This document shows positions 39,723 to 50,302 of a DNA stretch of 64,000 nucleotides, in pieces. This DNA is from Bacteroidia bacterium (GTDB taxonomy: Bacteria; Bacteroidota; Bacteroidia; NS11-12g; UBA9320), in assembly GCA_965216465.1 (NCBI GenBank), contig CBDCFW010000006.1:736001-800000 (forward strand), in the 5' to 3' direction. Each line of letters starts with the position of its first letter. Within the stretch, counting starts at the first letter, position 1. Position numbers and translations under genes: made by a program. A model generated the notes under the pieces. It did no database searches and had not been told where the DNA came from. It saw only the letters and a list, made by a program, of their open reading frames with translations.

Positions 39723-40917
39723 GACTTTACTTCTATTCTTTATTTTTTATTCTCAAGTTACCTTCGCCCAACAGGATTCGTTTGTGTTTCTAGGCAATAA
39801 TTTTGATGATACTTGGACACCAAACTCTTTCGTCTTGAGTGCAAATGGTTCGATAGCTTCGAATAGCATTAATGCAACCATGTTAACCGACTATTTGGTG
39901 CGTTCTAGTTTTACACCCGAAGCAAAAGAGGCATTTCTTGCAAGAAATGATAAGTATGCAAACTTGTTGTCTCAATCAGGATTTAACTTTGAGTATAAGT
40001 TGAACAATGATTGGGGAATATACCTCAAGGGACAAACTCAATTGGCATTGAGAAGCGAACACAATTTCACTAAGATGGTACTGTTTGGCAATGCTCAATT
40101 CGCAGGAAAAGAAGTGAGTTCTGCCAACTTTAGCTATATCAATCAACAACATGTAGGAATTGGAGCAACCCATAGACTTTTAGACGAGGAAAGTTGGAAG
40201 ATTAAGTTGAATTTTGGCTTTAACAGTATTTTAAACCTTAACCAAATAGACGCCAACAAATTGTCAGTTTTCACTGAGCAATCAGGAGAATATTTGGATA
40301 TAGAAGCGAACAATGTAGTTTATGGTGAAATTTCTGATAACCAATTAGATGGTGTAGGATTAGATTTGGGGATAGACATCCGTTTTGTTGAATGTCAGAA
40401 TGAATTTGGTATGTCTTTGAGTCAAATTTCGCCAGTGTATTTGTTTGATCGGTCTTATGTCAATATTGATACTAGCTTTCGCTTTGAAGGCTTCGAACTC
40501 GATCCATTAAACAACGATAGTTTCACATTAGTTGAAGATATTGATTCGACGTATACGGGGATAATCAATAGAGGAAGGCAAGATAGAAAGGTGAGCATGC
40601 TCCCTTCGAATTTAAGTCTGTACTGGATGCATTCGTTTAATCAAAAACATGGTCTTGAAGCTCGACTTTCAACTATCGATCTAGGAAATTATGGCGTTCA
40701 ACTCGACTTAAGCCACCACTTAACATTTACATCTGGACTACGCTTGCGATCAACAATTTCTGCAGGAGACTTTATCGGAATCCAATGGAGTGAAGCTATT
40801 GAGTATTGCACTTCATCGTGGAATATATATGCAGATATTCGCGGTTTAAATGCCATAATTCTTCCAGAAGAGTTCACAGCATACGGTGCACGTCTTGGCA
40901 TTGCCAAACGCTTATAA
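39706..40917 (+). CDS. DUF5723-like outer-membrane beta-barrel
   Basis: Signal peptide; LFGNAQF.G, G.G.DLG, DTSFRFEGFE, LPS; overlaps the upstream lipoprotein gene. Confidence 0.6.
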   Translation: MKVSYKTLLLFFIFYSQVTFAQQDSFVFLGNNFDDTWTPNSFVLSANGSIASNSINATMLTDYLVRSSFTPEAKEAFLARNDKYANLLSQSGFNFEYKLNNDWGIYLKGQTQLALRSEHNFTKMVLFGNAQFAGKEVSSANFSYINQQHVGIGATHRLLDEESWKIKLNFGFNSILNLNQIDANKLSVFTEQSGEYLDIEANNVVYGEISDNQLDGVGLDLGIDIRFVECQNEFGMSLSQISPVYLFDRSYVNIDTSFRFEGFELDPLNNDSFTLVEDIDSTYTGIINRGRQDRKVSMLPSNLSLYWMHSFNQKHGLEARLSTIDLGNYGVQLDLSHHLTFTSGLRLRSTISAGDFIGIQWSEAIEYCTSSWNIYADIRGLNAIILPEEFTAYGARLGIAKRL

Positions 40918-40941
40918 AAAGTTTAATCTCAGAAAATACTT

Positions 40942-42213
40942 CTAGCTGTAAAGCGGGAAACGAGCAGTAAGAGCGTGAACTTTTGCTTTCACCTCGTTTA
41001 TCACTTGTTCGTTATCAGTGTTCATTAACACTTCATCGATCAAGTCTGCGATTATTTCCATTTCAGGCTCCTTCATTCCTCTTGTGGTTACTGCTGGTGT
41101 ACCAATACGAATTCCAGAGGTTACGAATGGAGATCGTGTTTCACCAGGAACCGTATTCTTATTAATGGTAATATCAGCAGTTACTAAGGTGTTTTCTGCA
41201 AGCTTACCGGTAAGATTCTCGTCTTTTGGTCTCAGGTCAATAAGCATCAAATGGTTGTCTGTTCCTCCAGAAATAACCTTATAGCCTTTTGCAACCATTG
41301 CTTTAGCTAAAGCTTGTGCATTGCTCATTACCTGCTTGCAATAATCTTTGTATTCTGGACGTAGAGCTTCACCGAAAGCAACTGCTTTTGCTGCAATTAC
41401 ATGCTCTAGTGGTCCTCCTTGTGTACCAGGAAAAACGGCACCATCAAGAATAGAAGACATCATTCGTGTAGCTCCTTTTGGAGTTTTAATTCCCCATGGA
41501 TTTTCGAAGTCTTGCCCCATCATAATCAAACCACCTCTAGGACCTCTCAGGGTTTTGTGTGTAGTTGTTGTTACCACATGGCAATGCTCCATTGGGTTGT
41601 TTAGTAAGCCCGAAGCAATCAGCCCAGATGGATGTGAAATATCAGCTAAAAGAATTGCTCCAACTTTATCCGCAATTTCTCTGAATCGTTTATAATCCCA
41701 ATCTCTAGAGTAAGATGAAGCTCCGCAAATAATAACACGTGGTTTGTGTTCTAGTGCTTTGGCTTCAACTTCATCCATATCGACCAATCCTGAAGTTTGA
41801 TCAACCCCGTAAGAAACTGCGTTGTAAATCTTTCCTGAGAAATTTACAGGTGAACCGTGTGTTAGGTGACCACCGTGTGATAGGTCAAAACCCAATAAAG
41901 TATCACCAGGGTTAAGTAGGCCTAAAAGTGCTGCGGCATTAGCTTGAGCACCACTATGCGGTTGAACATTTGCCCATGCAGCGCCAAATAATTCTTTGGC
42001 TCTATCGATTGCAAGCTGCTCAATTTGGTCTACAATTTCGCAACCACCATAGTATCTTTTTCTTGGAAGACCTTCGGCATATTTGTTGGTACAAACACTA
42101 CCCATGGCTTTCATTACTTCTTCAGAAGTGAAGTTTTCAGAAGCAATTAGTTCAATACCTTCTTGTTGACGTTTTAACTCTTGTCCAATTAAGTCGAATA
42201 CGATATCACCCAT
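40942..42213 (-). CDS. glyA: Serine hydroxymethyltransferase
   Basis: [35 protein letters not shown]. Confidence 0.98.
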   Translation of the reverse strand: MGDIVFDLIGQELKRQQEGIELIASENFTSEEVMKAMGSVCTNKYAEGLPRKRYYGGCEIVDQIEQLAIDRAKELFGAAWANVQPHSGAQANAAALLGLLNPGDTLLGFDLSHGGHLTHGSPVNFSGKIYNAVSYGVDQTSGLVDMDEVEAKALEHKPRVIICGASSYSRDWDYKRFREIADKVGAILLADISHPSGLIASGLLNNPMEHCHVVTTTTHKTLRGPRGGLIMMGQDFENPWGIKTPKGATRMMSSILDGAVFPGTQGGPLEHVIAAKAVAFGEALRPEYKDYCKQVMSNAQALAKAMVAKGYKVISGGTDNHLMLIDLRPKDENLTGKLAENTLVTADITINKNTVPGETRSPFVTSGIRIGTPAVTTRGMKEPEMEIIADLIDEVLMNTDNEQVINEVKAKVHALTARFPLYS

Positions 42214-42467
42214 TATGCTAATTCTAAAACGGTTATATCGTAGCTCTCCATTACTGCATTTACAAGAACTTTTTTACATGCTTCGTCTGCAATTGATTTT
42301 GCATCATCTGCAGAATCTGCGGTTACGTGCATGATAATTTTCTTTCCAATTTTAACATCTTCAACTTGGTTAAGACCAATTTTGTTTAAACCTTGGTGAA
42401 CCGCTTTTCCTTGTGGATCCAAAAGACCTTTGTGCGGCATGATGTTTACTGATACTTCAAAGTTCAT
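42213..42467 (-). CDS. purS: FGAM synthase subunit PurS
   Basis: [22 protein letters not shown]. Confidence 0.93.
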   Translation of the reverse strand: MNFEVSVNIMPHKGLLDPQGKAVHQGLNKIGLNQVEDVKIGKKIIMHVTADSADDAKSIADEACKKVLVNAVMESYDITVLELA

Positions 42468-42468
42468 A

Positions 42469-43188
42469 TTATAATTGTTTTTGAGCTGTCAAAGAAAATA
42501 CTAGATATATTAGCAAACAAAGAAACGCCCCAAAAAACTTTAGAGAGACGATTAATGCGGCACAACATACTAGCATTAAAACTCGAATAATATTCAATTT
42601 TCTATCCTTTGAACCAATCTTTAGAGAGAGTAACTTGATATTGCTTATCATCAATAAACCTCCACCCAAAACAAAAGCAATTACAAACCATGGTGAGTTA
42701 AGAATGGTGTTTGCCAATTCAAATTGTTCTGCAGCCAAGGGCAGAGTAAAGCAAGCAACAGCAAATGCTGGCGTTGGAAGTCCTTTAAAGTGGTCATGGC
42801 TCTGTTCTGTAATGTTAAATTTTGCTAAACGGTAAGCAGCAAATGCTCCTATTAATAGAGCTACATGGTAATGCTCAAATAAAGGAGACCCAAAACTATT
42901 TCCAAATACGCCTTCGTGATATTCATTATGCCAGTAATTGAAGAGTACAAGCGATGGAGCAACTCCAAAGCTTACTACATCGGCCAAAGAATCAAGTTCT
43001 TTACCCATGTTCGATGTTACTTTAAGCACTCTTGCAGCTGTTCCATCTAGAAAGTCAAGAAGTAAAGCGGCAACAGCAAACAAGGCAGCAGGTACAAAAG
43101 CCAATTCAAAAGAAGCCATTATTGCACCAACTCCACAAAGCAGGTTTGCTAGAGTAATAAAATTAGGTATTTGAGCTATTAATCGCAC
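42469..43188 (-). CDS. pssA: CDP-alcohol phosphatidyltransferase (phosphatidylserine synthase-like)
   Basis: PNFITLANL, DFLDG..AR.....S..GKELDSLADVVSFGVAP, RLAKFN, F.GLPTPA. Confidence 0.85.
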   Translation of the reverse strand: MRLIAQIPNFITLANLLCGVGAIMASFELAFVPAALFAVAALLLDFLDGTAARVLKVTSNMGKELDSLADVVSFGVAPSLVLFNYWHNEYHEGVFGNSFGSPLFEHYHVALLIGAFAAYRLAKFNITEQSHDHFKGLPTPAFAVACFTLPLAAEQFELANTILNSPWFVIAFVLGGGLLMISNIKLLSLKIGSKDRKLNIIRVLMLVCCAALIVSLKFFGAFLCLLIYLVFSLTAQKQL

Positions 43189-43225
43189 GGGTGCAAAGAT
43201 GGATGATTATTTCTATTTTTGTTAA

Positions 43226-43744
43226 ATGTCAAAATCATGGATTAAGGATGTCCCTCATTACTATCTACGCTATATGGATATTGTTCCTGAAGAAAACTTT
43301 CTAGAAGGCTTAAAAAACTCCATGCAAGAATGTCAAGAGCTAATTGGTTCTATCTCGGATAACCTGGGTAATTATGCTTATGAAACAGGGAAGTGGACGA
43401 TAAAAGAAGTGCTTCAACACATTTGTGACGCCGAGCGAATCTTTCAATATAGGGCACTTTGTATTTCAAGGGGTGAAAAACGCAAATTGAATGGCTTTGA
43501 TCAAGACGATTATGTTGCGAATTGTGCGGTAGACGATAGAAGTCTTTCTTCCATTTTAGATGATTATATGACCGTTCGCCTGTCAACCATTTCACTCTTC
43601 AAATCATTAAACGAAGAGCAACTTAAGTTAAAAGGAAATGCAAGTGGGTTTGATTCGCAACCTGTTTTTTATGGGTATTTAATTTCGGGTCATTTAAGGC
43701 ATCACCTTAATGTAATAAAAGAGCGCTATCTGGTAAATGACTAA
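43226..43744 (+). CDS. DinB/YfiT-like four-helix-bundle protein
   Basis: Y..GKWTIKEVLQHI.DAERIF.YRAL, GH..HH. Confidence 0.9.
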   Translation: MSKSWIKDVPHYYLRYMDIVPEENFLEGLKNSMQECQELIGSISDNLGNYAYETGKWTIKEVLQHICDAERIFQYRALCISRGEKRKLNGFDQDDYVANCAVDDRSLSSILDDYMTVRLSTISLFKSLNEEQLKLKGNASGFDSQPVFYGYLISGHLRHHLNVIKERYLVND

Positions 43745-44052
43745 GGAGCCCAAAATTTCCTTATATCGTCTACACCTAAATCTTTTCTTAGGTTTTTGTA
43801 TTCTTCAAACACGTCTGTAAAGCATTGATTTAAAAGTGTATCAGGAAGAAGATGGCTTATCAATACATATCTCTTAGTCAATATTTCTTCCATGTTTTCC
43901 GCGAAATAAGATTGCCAATAGGCATAAGTTCTTTCTTCTATTTCTGCGTTTCCAACACCCAAAAGGTTCAATTCGGAAATCGCTCTTTCCCGTTCCGTTG
44001 AATTCGTAGACGGAGATTCAATAAACGCAATTAGTTTATCGATGGCATCCAT
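43741..44052 (-). CDS. Hypothetical protein
   Basis: 103-aa ORF directly downstream of the ACMSD gene; no recognised motif. Confidence 0.6.
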   Translation of the reverse strand: MDAIDKLIAFIESPSTNSTERERAISELNLLGVGNAEIEERTYAYWQSYFAENMEEILTKRYVLISHLLPDTLLNQCFTDVFEEYKNLRKDLGVDDIRKFWAP

Positions 44053-44053
44053 A

Positions 44054-45058
44054 TCACGACAAGAAATCCATCAAGTTTTGACTCAGCAATCTAGCTTTCA
44101 CATCATCAGAAAGGTCGTTCATTTCTTCAATGAATTTTCCATGTTCAAGATCACCTAAAGGGAATGGGTAGTCTGTTCCATAAGCAATTTTGTTGTCTCC
44201 TATCACTTGAATCAAATAGCGGAGAGCATCTTGATCGTGTGTAATTCCATCAACCCAAAACTTGCCTTTATACTCATAGGGGTCTTTCACATTATTCAAA
44301 TTAACCAAGTCGGGTCTGCAATGCCATCCGTGGCTAATTCTTCCTAAAGTATGAGCAAATGATCCACCACCATGAGCAAACATCACTTTTAGTTTAGGGT
44401 ATTTATCGAAAACTCCTCCAAACATCATCGAGCAGATAGCTCTTGAAGTTTCAGCAGGCATGCCTACCAACCATGGAAGCCAATACTTCTCCATTTCTTT
44501 TTGCCCCATCATTTCCCAAGGATGAACAAAAATGCTCATGTTCAAGTCTTGAGCCGCCGCCCAGAAGGGATAGAAATCAGGGTGGTCTAAGTTTTTATCG
44601 AGGATGTGTGATGCAATCTCAAGTCCAGGCATACCTAACGCCTTGCAACGTTCCATTTCTTTAATTGCCAAGTTAATATCTTGCATTGGCACAGTGCCCA
44701 ATGAGATAAATCGATCAGGGAAACGGTCTTGAACCGATGCTAAATGGTCATTTACAAACTGACTCCATTCGTAACCGTGTTTTGGTTTTGCCCAGTAATA
44801 GAAAAGCACGGGAATTGTGCAAAGCACCATTTTTTCAACGTTGTAATCGTCCATTTCTGGAATGATGGCCGTTTCGTCATAGCAATTGCGTTCAACACGT
44901 CTAAAAAAAACACCGTCGTCTCGCATCATCCGTTTTGCTCCAGTTCCTGGTTCATCTTCTAAATATATGAATCCACCGTAGCCAAATTTTTTGTCTAAAC
45001 GGTCCCAAGTTGGAGGCATGATATGTGCATGCGAGTCAATTTTCGTGATTTTTGTCAT
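44054..45058 (-). CDS. nbaD: 2-amino-3-carboxymuconate-6-semialdehyde decarboxylase (amidohydrolase)
   Basis: D.HAHI, VHPW.M, WLPWLVGMPAET, AHGGGSF, GTDYPFPLG; next to nbaC. Confidence 0.9.
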   Translation of the reverse strand: MTKITKIDSHAHIMPPTWDRLDKKFGYGGFIYLEDEPGTGAKRMMRDDGVFFRRVERNCYDETAIIPEMDDYNVEKMVLCTIPVLFYYWAKPKHGYEWSQFVNDHLASVQDRFPDRFISLGTVPMQDINLAIKEMERCKALGMPGLEIASHILDKNLDHPDFYPFWAAAQDLNMSIFVHPWEMMGQKEMEKYWLPWLVGMPAETSRAICSMMFGGVFDKYPKLKVMFAHGGGSFAHTLGRISHGWHCRPDLVNLNNVKDPYEYKGKFWVDGITHDQDALRYLIQVIGDNKIAYGTDYPFPLGDLEHGKFIEEMNDLSDDVKARLLSQNLMDFLS

Positions 45059-45158
45059 TGGTTTCCTGTTGGTTGCGAATGTAGGAATTCTACCGAATTC
45101 GTGGTCAATTTAATTGGGCAAAAAAAGAAGGTGCTATCAAAGCACAAAGTCAATCGAT

Positions 45159-45686
45159 TTACACAAATCGAGGATCAGTTTCCATCACAGTTCCGCATTG
45201 GTCACAGGTTCTTAGTTCTTCTGAACCATAAAACTCCTTAAAACGAGGCAAGAAGTCTTTTTCGATATCGGTAAGCGGGAATTTGTATTCGTGCAGTTTG
45301 TTGTTGCAGTTATCACAGAACCACATTAAACCATCTTGTTCGTTGTTTGTTCGTTTGCATTCAACCACTAACCCAATGCTTCCTTCGCTTCGCATTGGGG
45401 AGTGCGGAACCAGTGCTGGAAGCAAGAACATTTCACCTTCTCTGATTGGAATATCAACTGCTTTTCCGTCTTCTTGAATTCTAACGTTAATATCGCCTTC
45501 AATTTGATAGAATAACTCTTCGGTTTCGTTGAAGTGGTAGTCTTTTCTTGCATTAGGGCCAGCCACCATCATTACGATGTAGTCTCCAGATTCTTTGTAT
45601 AAGTTTCTGTTTCCTACCGGAGGCTTCAATTCAGCTCTGTTATCGTCTATCCATTTCTGAAGGTTAAAAGGTTTTCTTACTGGCAT
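45159..45686 (-). CDS. nbaC: 3-hydroxyanthranilate 3,4-dioxygenase
   Basis: LKPPVGN, GPNARKDYH..ETEE.FYQ, VPHSP.R, CDNC/CDQC rubredoxin-like site. Confidence 0.96.
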   Translation of the reverse strand: MPVRKPFNLQKWIDDNRAELKPPVGNRNLYKESGDYIVMMVAGPNARKDYHFNETEELFYQIEGDINVRIQEDGKAVDIPIREGEMFLLPALVPHSPMRSEGSIGLVVECKRTNNEQDGLMWFCDNCNNKLHEYKFPLTDIEKDFLPRFKEFYGSEELRTCDQCGTVMETDPRFV

Positions 45687-45818
45687 TTTGATTCTTTTGT
45701 TCGACGACGAAATTAATCATTCTTTCCAACTTATCCATCCAAACAAATGGCAAATTAGGCGTGGGTAATGTAAAAAGTGTCGATGGTTTATTGTACGTTT
45801 GTTGCTTAATATCAAATT

Positions 45819-46046
45819 ATGTATTCTTCAATATTATTATTCGGATTAGGTGCACCAGAAATTGTAGTGATTGTGTTGGTAGTGTTGTTGCTTTTTGGTG
45901 GAAGAAAAATTCCTGAATTAATGAAAGGTTTGGGTTCTGGAATCAGAGAGTTTAACAAAGCTAAAAACGAAGTTTCTGACCAGATTAAAGAGGGCATGAG
46001 AGAAGAACAAAAACCAACAAATTCTGAAGATAAAAAGGCTGAATGA
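45819..46046 (+). CDS. tatA: Twin-arginine translocase TatA/E
   Basis: G.PEI....[23 protein letters not shown]. Confidence 0.95.
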   Translation: MYSSILLFGLGAPEIVVIVLVVLLLFGGRKIPELMKGLGSGIREFNKAKNEVSDQIKEGMREEQKPTNSEDKKAE

Positions 46047-47464
46047 TTTCTAAAAGATACGAGTCATTATCTCAAATCCAGTCGGATATTGCCGGAGGTA
46101 AGACTTCTTGTATACAATTAGCCCAGTACTATCTCGATCAAAATAAAAAGTACAAGCACCTCAATGCTGTTTTAGAAGTTTTTGAGGATGAGGTACTTGA
46201 AAAAGCTAAGCTTGTAGATGCCAAAATAAAAGAAGGCACAGCAGGCAAGCTAGCAGGAATGTTTTTGGCAATCAAAGACAATATTTGCTACACCGGACAT
46301 AAAGTATCGGGCTCATCAAAAATCATCGAAAACTACGAGGCTGTATACACATCTACTGCCTTGCAACGTTTATTGGATGAAGATGTAATTGTGATCGGAA
46401 GATGCAATTGCGATGAGTTTGCTATGGGAGCAAGTAATGAGAATTCAGCTTATGGTGTGGTGAGAAATGCTGCAGACGAAACTAAGGTTCCAGGTGGATC
46501 TTCAGGAGGAAGTGCAGTTGCAGTTCAAGCCGATTTGTGTTTAGCCGCTCTTGGATCAGATACCGGAGGATCAATTCGTCAGCCGGCATCGTTTACAGGA
46601 ACGATTGGTTTAAAACCAACATATGGAAGGGTATCAAGATGGGGTCTATTGGCTTATGCATCGAGCTTTGATCAAATTGGTCCAATTACAGCAAGTGCCA
46701 GCGATTCAGCTGCAATTCTTGAAGTGATGGCAGGTGTAGATGAAAACGACGCAACTTCTTCGCGTGCTGATGTTGCAGAATTTGAAGCTGATACAAATGC
46801 CAAATATAAAATTGCTTATTCAAAAGAAGCGATGGAAAGTGAAGGTCTTGATCCTGCCGTTAAAAAAGCGTTTCAAAACCTGATTGAAAACTTGCGTAAC
46901 GATGGGCACACGGTCGAGGAGCAATCGTTTCCTTATTTGGATTACATGGTTCCTTGCTATTATGTACTTACAACAGCAGAAGCTTCATCTAATCTTTCGC
47001 GCTACAGCGGAATTTTATATGGCGAAAGAAGTGAACAATCGCACGATATCGAATCGACGTTTAAAAAATCGCGAACCGAAGGTTTTGGGGAAGAAGTAAA
47101 ACGTAGAATTATGACCGGTACTTTTGTGTTAAGTGCTGATTTTTACGAAGCGTACTACTCAAAAGCACAAAAAGTTCGAAGAGTGATTCAGGATGAAAGT
47201 CGCGAAATCATGAAAAACTATGATTTCTTCCTTTGTCCAACTACACCTACTACGGCATTCGAAATTGGAGGTGAAAAATCAAAGGATCCAATACAAATGT
47301 ACTTGGCCGATATTTTCACCGTACAAGCGGCCCTTGCAGGAATGCCAGCTATATCGGTTCCCGTCGACGAATCAAATGGATTGTCTATAGGAATGCAGTT
47401 TATGGCAAATGAATTTGAAGAAACAAAATTGTTTAACATTACAGAAATAATTAATCGATACTAG
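46043..47464 (+). CDS. gatA: Asp/Glu-tRNA amidotransferase subunit A
   Basis: [41 protein letters not shown]. Confidence 0.96.
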   Translation: MISKRYESLSQIQSDIAGGKTSCIQLAQYYLDQNKKYKHLNAVLEVFEDEVLEKAKLVDAKIKEGTAGKLAGMFLAIKDNICYTGHKVSGSSKIIENYEAVYTSTALQRLLDEDVIVIGRCNCDEFAMGASNENSAYGVVRNAADETKVPGGSSGGSAVAVQADLCLAALGSDTGGSIRQPASFTGTIGLKPTYGRVSRWGLLAYASSFDQIGPITASASDSAAILEVMAGVDENDATSSRADVAEFEADTNAKYKIAYSKEAMESEGLDPAVKKAFQNLIENLRNDGHTVEEQSFPYLDYMVPCYYVLTTAEASSNLSRYSGILYGERSEQSHDIESTFKKSRTEGFGEEVKRRIMTGTFVLSADFYEAYYSKAQKVRRVIQDESREIMKNYDFFLCPTTPTTAFEIGGEKSKDPIQMYLADIFTVQAALAGMPAISVPVDESNGLSIGMQFMANEFEETKLFNITEIINRY

Positions 47465-47472
47465 GATTTAAG

Positions 47473-48693
47473 ATGAAAAAAGGATTTAGAAGAGTCACAG
47501 GAATACTATTGATTGCTTTTGCATTTGCTGCAAATGCTCAAGTCTCTGGTCCTTTAATCAGTCATCGTCTAGATTCTATTCAAGATCAAGTTGAATTAGA
47601 CTACAACGGAGAAGTACGTTCTTTGGTTTTAGATTATATCCGCAATACAGGCAATTCAACAACAAAGACACTCGAAAATTTTTATGCTGTAGATGCAGAA
47701 CTCAAGAAAATTTTTGCAAGCTACGACGTTCCGGAAGAACTAAGATATATGTGCATATCACTATCTGGGTGTAATAACTTCTTGAAAGATGAAGATGGAA
47801 AGTCAGGTTACTTTAAGATGCGATACAACGTGGCTAAAAGAAGAGGGCTACGTATTTCCAATTACATCGACGAACGAAGAGATATTCTGAAATCAGCACA
47901 CGCATTTTGCCAAGAAATTTCTGCCATAGAAAAGAGCAACAACGACTGGAAGAAGTCAATTACCCAATACTCTTCTGGCAGCCTTGAATGGGCAAAAGCT
48001 GCTTCTCTAGCAGAAGATTCAACCGGAAATTATTGGACTATCGCCCGACAGCTTCCTCACTCGTACAAACTGGAGTATCCCAAATATGTTGCAGCAGCAT
48101 ACATTGCAAACTATTACCAACGGCATGGAATGAGCTTAAAAGTTCAACCTATAGATACTGCTAGTGTTCAAATTGTAAAGCTTACCACCTTGTATCAATT
48201 GTCTAGCAAGTTAGATGCAGACTACGAGTTGCTGAAGAAGCTAAATCCGATTTACAAGAAAGAAATTATCCCAAACTCAGGGAAGAAATACTATGTGGTT
48301 TTGCCTAAAGATAAGGTGCAAACCTTTATCGACCTAAGTGATGAGGTTTACAATTATGCTAAGGTAGACCACTATACAAACACCGAGGTTAAAGTCGTTG
48401 ATAGTCAGCAGAAAGACACGGAAGTTGTAAAGGAAATTCCAGAGCCAAAACCGGTAGAGAATCAGTGGGTGACTATTACATATACCGTTCGATCTGGAGA
48501 TATGTTAATCTTAATAGCTGATTATTACGATTGTTGGGTATCGGATGTTAAACGTTGGAATAACCTTACACGTGATCGAATCAATGTAAACCAGCGATTA
48601 AAGATTCAAGTTCCTGCTCATAAATTGGAATACTACAAAAAAATTAATGGCATGACCTCTGCACAGAAAAAGCGGATCGCAGCCAAAGATTAA
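47473..48693 (+). CDS. MltD-like SLT plus LysM protein, catalytic motifs degenerate
   Basis: VPEELRY, GL.I..YIDERRD...S, LNP.Y, YTVRSGD.L..IA....C.VSD.K.WNNL; position after tatA-gatA. Confidence 0.8.
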   Translation: MKKGFRRVTGILLIAFAFAANAQVSGPLISHRLDSIQDQVELDYNGEVRSLVLDYIRNTGNSTTKTLENFYAVDAELKKIFASYDVPEELRYMCISLSGCNNFLKDEDGKSGYFKMRYNVAKRRGLRISNYIDERRDILKSAHAFCQEISAIEKSNNDWKKSITQYSSGSLEWAKAASLAEDSTGNYWTIARQLPHSYKLEYPKYVAAAYIANYYQRHGMSLKVQPIDTASVQIVKLTTLYQLSSKLDADYELLKKLNPIYKKEIIPNSGKKYYVVLPKDKVQTFIDLSDEVYNYAKVDHYTNTEVKVVDSQQKDTEVVKEIPEPKPVENQWVTITYTVRSGDMLILIADYYDCWVSDVKRWNNLTRDRINVNQRLKIQVPAHKLEYYKKINGMTSAQKKRIAAKD

Positions 48694-48703
48694 TTGTTGA
48701 GTT

Positions 48704-50302
48704 TTGAAACTCGATAGAACTAAATATCTAAAAAGCCGAAGCTTAAAACCAAGTTCTCTGCTTTGGGCACTAGTTGCCGTCAATATTCTTCTTGGTATCA
48801 TTGTTTGGGCATTTCCAGAAGATGGCATTTCGCTTGGGCAATCTGGCAATCTGAAGTTTGTTTCTTACAAAGAACTAATGGGTGTTGATTCCACTTTGGA
48901 AGCAGTTAATATTGATGATGTTTTAGCAAATGTTGAACCTTTAGAAGAAGCTGAGGAAGATACAGTTGAACTACCCCCTGATAGTTTAATTACCAAGATC
49001 GATACAGAAATAAAGTCTTCGGTTAATTACGATACCGTCTCAATGAAGCTGGTAACACCCGAGCACAGAAGTATTCAACTTCCTCCCAATAATCCAGAGG
49101 TCTTGGATATGTTGGTCAAAGCTCTTCTTAAAGAGAGTAAAACAAAAGTGGTGCGTATTGTGCATTACGGAGACTCTCAACTTGAAGGAGATAGAATTTC
49201 AGACTACCTCAGAAATCGATTGCAGTTGTTGTTTGGCGGGCAAGGTCCTGGCATATTATTACCAAACGAACCTACCGCAGGATCCAGAAGATCAGCTTAC
49301 GTTTCGCAAAGCGAGAACCTAAAGAAAAAGGCGATTTATATAAGCAACCAAAAGCCTCCAGAGAATCGATATGGAATAGGAGGTGCGACCTTCATTTTTA
49401 ATGGAAATACAAGTCAATTTGTGGGGTGGGATACCCTAAGAACAAAAAAGATGAGAAAAGACTCGTCTATTGAGTTAGTGGTATCTACAGAGCCCAAATT
49501 TGATGAATCTGTTCAAACAAAATCGTATATCAAGATAAAAAATGGTTCGAGTGGTTATCGATTAGCGCGGCAGTATTCTTCCATCAAACTGCTTTACAGA
49601 AGTGAGAGTCCATTTCTGCTTGGCTTTAGCAGTGATACTTTTCAATCTGAACATTTTGTTTCGGCGACCCAAAGTTTGGGAATTAAGTCTTGGTATCGAC
49701 CGACCTATAAATCGCTTCGCCTTGAGGTAAAAAAGGGAGGTTTCCCAGAAATATATGGGCTAGCTTTGGACGGAACATCTGGCGTTGCAGTCGATAATTT
49801 TCCAATGCGCGGTAGTTCCGCTATTGGCTTTAGTGGCATGGATCGCAGTTTGTATGGTGAGCAATTGAGATCGATGAATGTGCGATGCATTATTTTACAG
49901 TACGGTATAAACGTTGTACCGATGGTCAGATCAGATTACTCATACTACAAGAGCAGTTTAATCCGTCAGCTTAAGAGCATAAAGGCAGCCTATCCTGGAG
50001 TTAGTATTATAGTGGTTGGTCCTTCTGATATGAGTAAGAATAAAGGAGGCAATATGGTCTCTTATGAGAATATTCCATTAATCAGAGATGCAATGAAAGG
50101 AGCTGCTTTTGAAACCGGGTGTGCTTTTTGGGACTTATATGAAGCAATGGGAGGTCAAAACTCGATGGTTTCGTGGGTTAATAATGGATTAGCACAAAAA
50201 GACTATACTCACTTCAGTTTTAGGGGAGCAAAGTACGTTGGAGAAATGCTGTTTGAGGCAATCCTAGAACAAATTCAGAATGAGCAAGCTGTTCTTAACT
50301 AA
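48704..50302 (+). CDS. Membrane-anchored SGNH/GDSL protein (PatB-like O-acyltransferase/esterase)
   Basis: RIVHYGDSQ.EGD, VDNFPMRGS, QYGIN, KDYTHF. Confidence 0.8.
   Translation: MKLDRTKYLKSRSLKPSSLLWALVAVNILLGIIVWAFPEDGISLGQSGNLKFVSYKELMGVDSTLEAVNIDDVLANVEPLEEAEEDTVELPPDSLITKIDTEIKSSVNYDTVSMKLVTPEHRSIQLPPNNPEVLDMLVKALLKESKTKVVRIVHYGDSQLEGDRISDYLRNRLQLLFGGQGPGILLPNEPTAGSRRSAYVSQSENLKKKAIYISNQKPPENRYGIGGATFIFNGNTSQFVGWDTLRTKKMRKDSSIELVVSTEPKFDESVQTKSYIKIKNGSSGYRLARQYSSIKLLYRSESPFLLGFSSDTFQSEHFVSATQSLGIKSWYRPTYKSLRLEVKKGGFPEIYGLALDGTSGVAVDNFPMRGSSAIGFSGMDRSLYGEQLRSMNVRCIILQYGINVVPMVRSDYSYYKSSLIRQLKSIKAAYPGVSIIVVGPSDMSKNKGGNMVSYENIPLIRDAMKGAAFETGCAFWDLYEAMGGQNSMVSWVNNGLAQKDYTHFSFRGAKYVGEMLFEAILEQIQNEQAVLN

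Noticed and set aside
43226-43744. DinB-family gene as a second DNA polymerase IV
   Set aside because: Name coincidence; it is the DinB/YfiT helical-bundle family, unrelated to Pol IV
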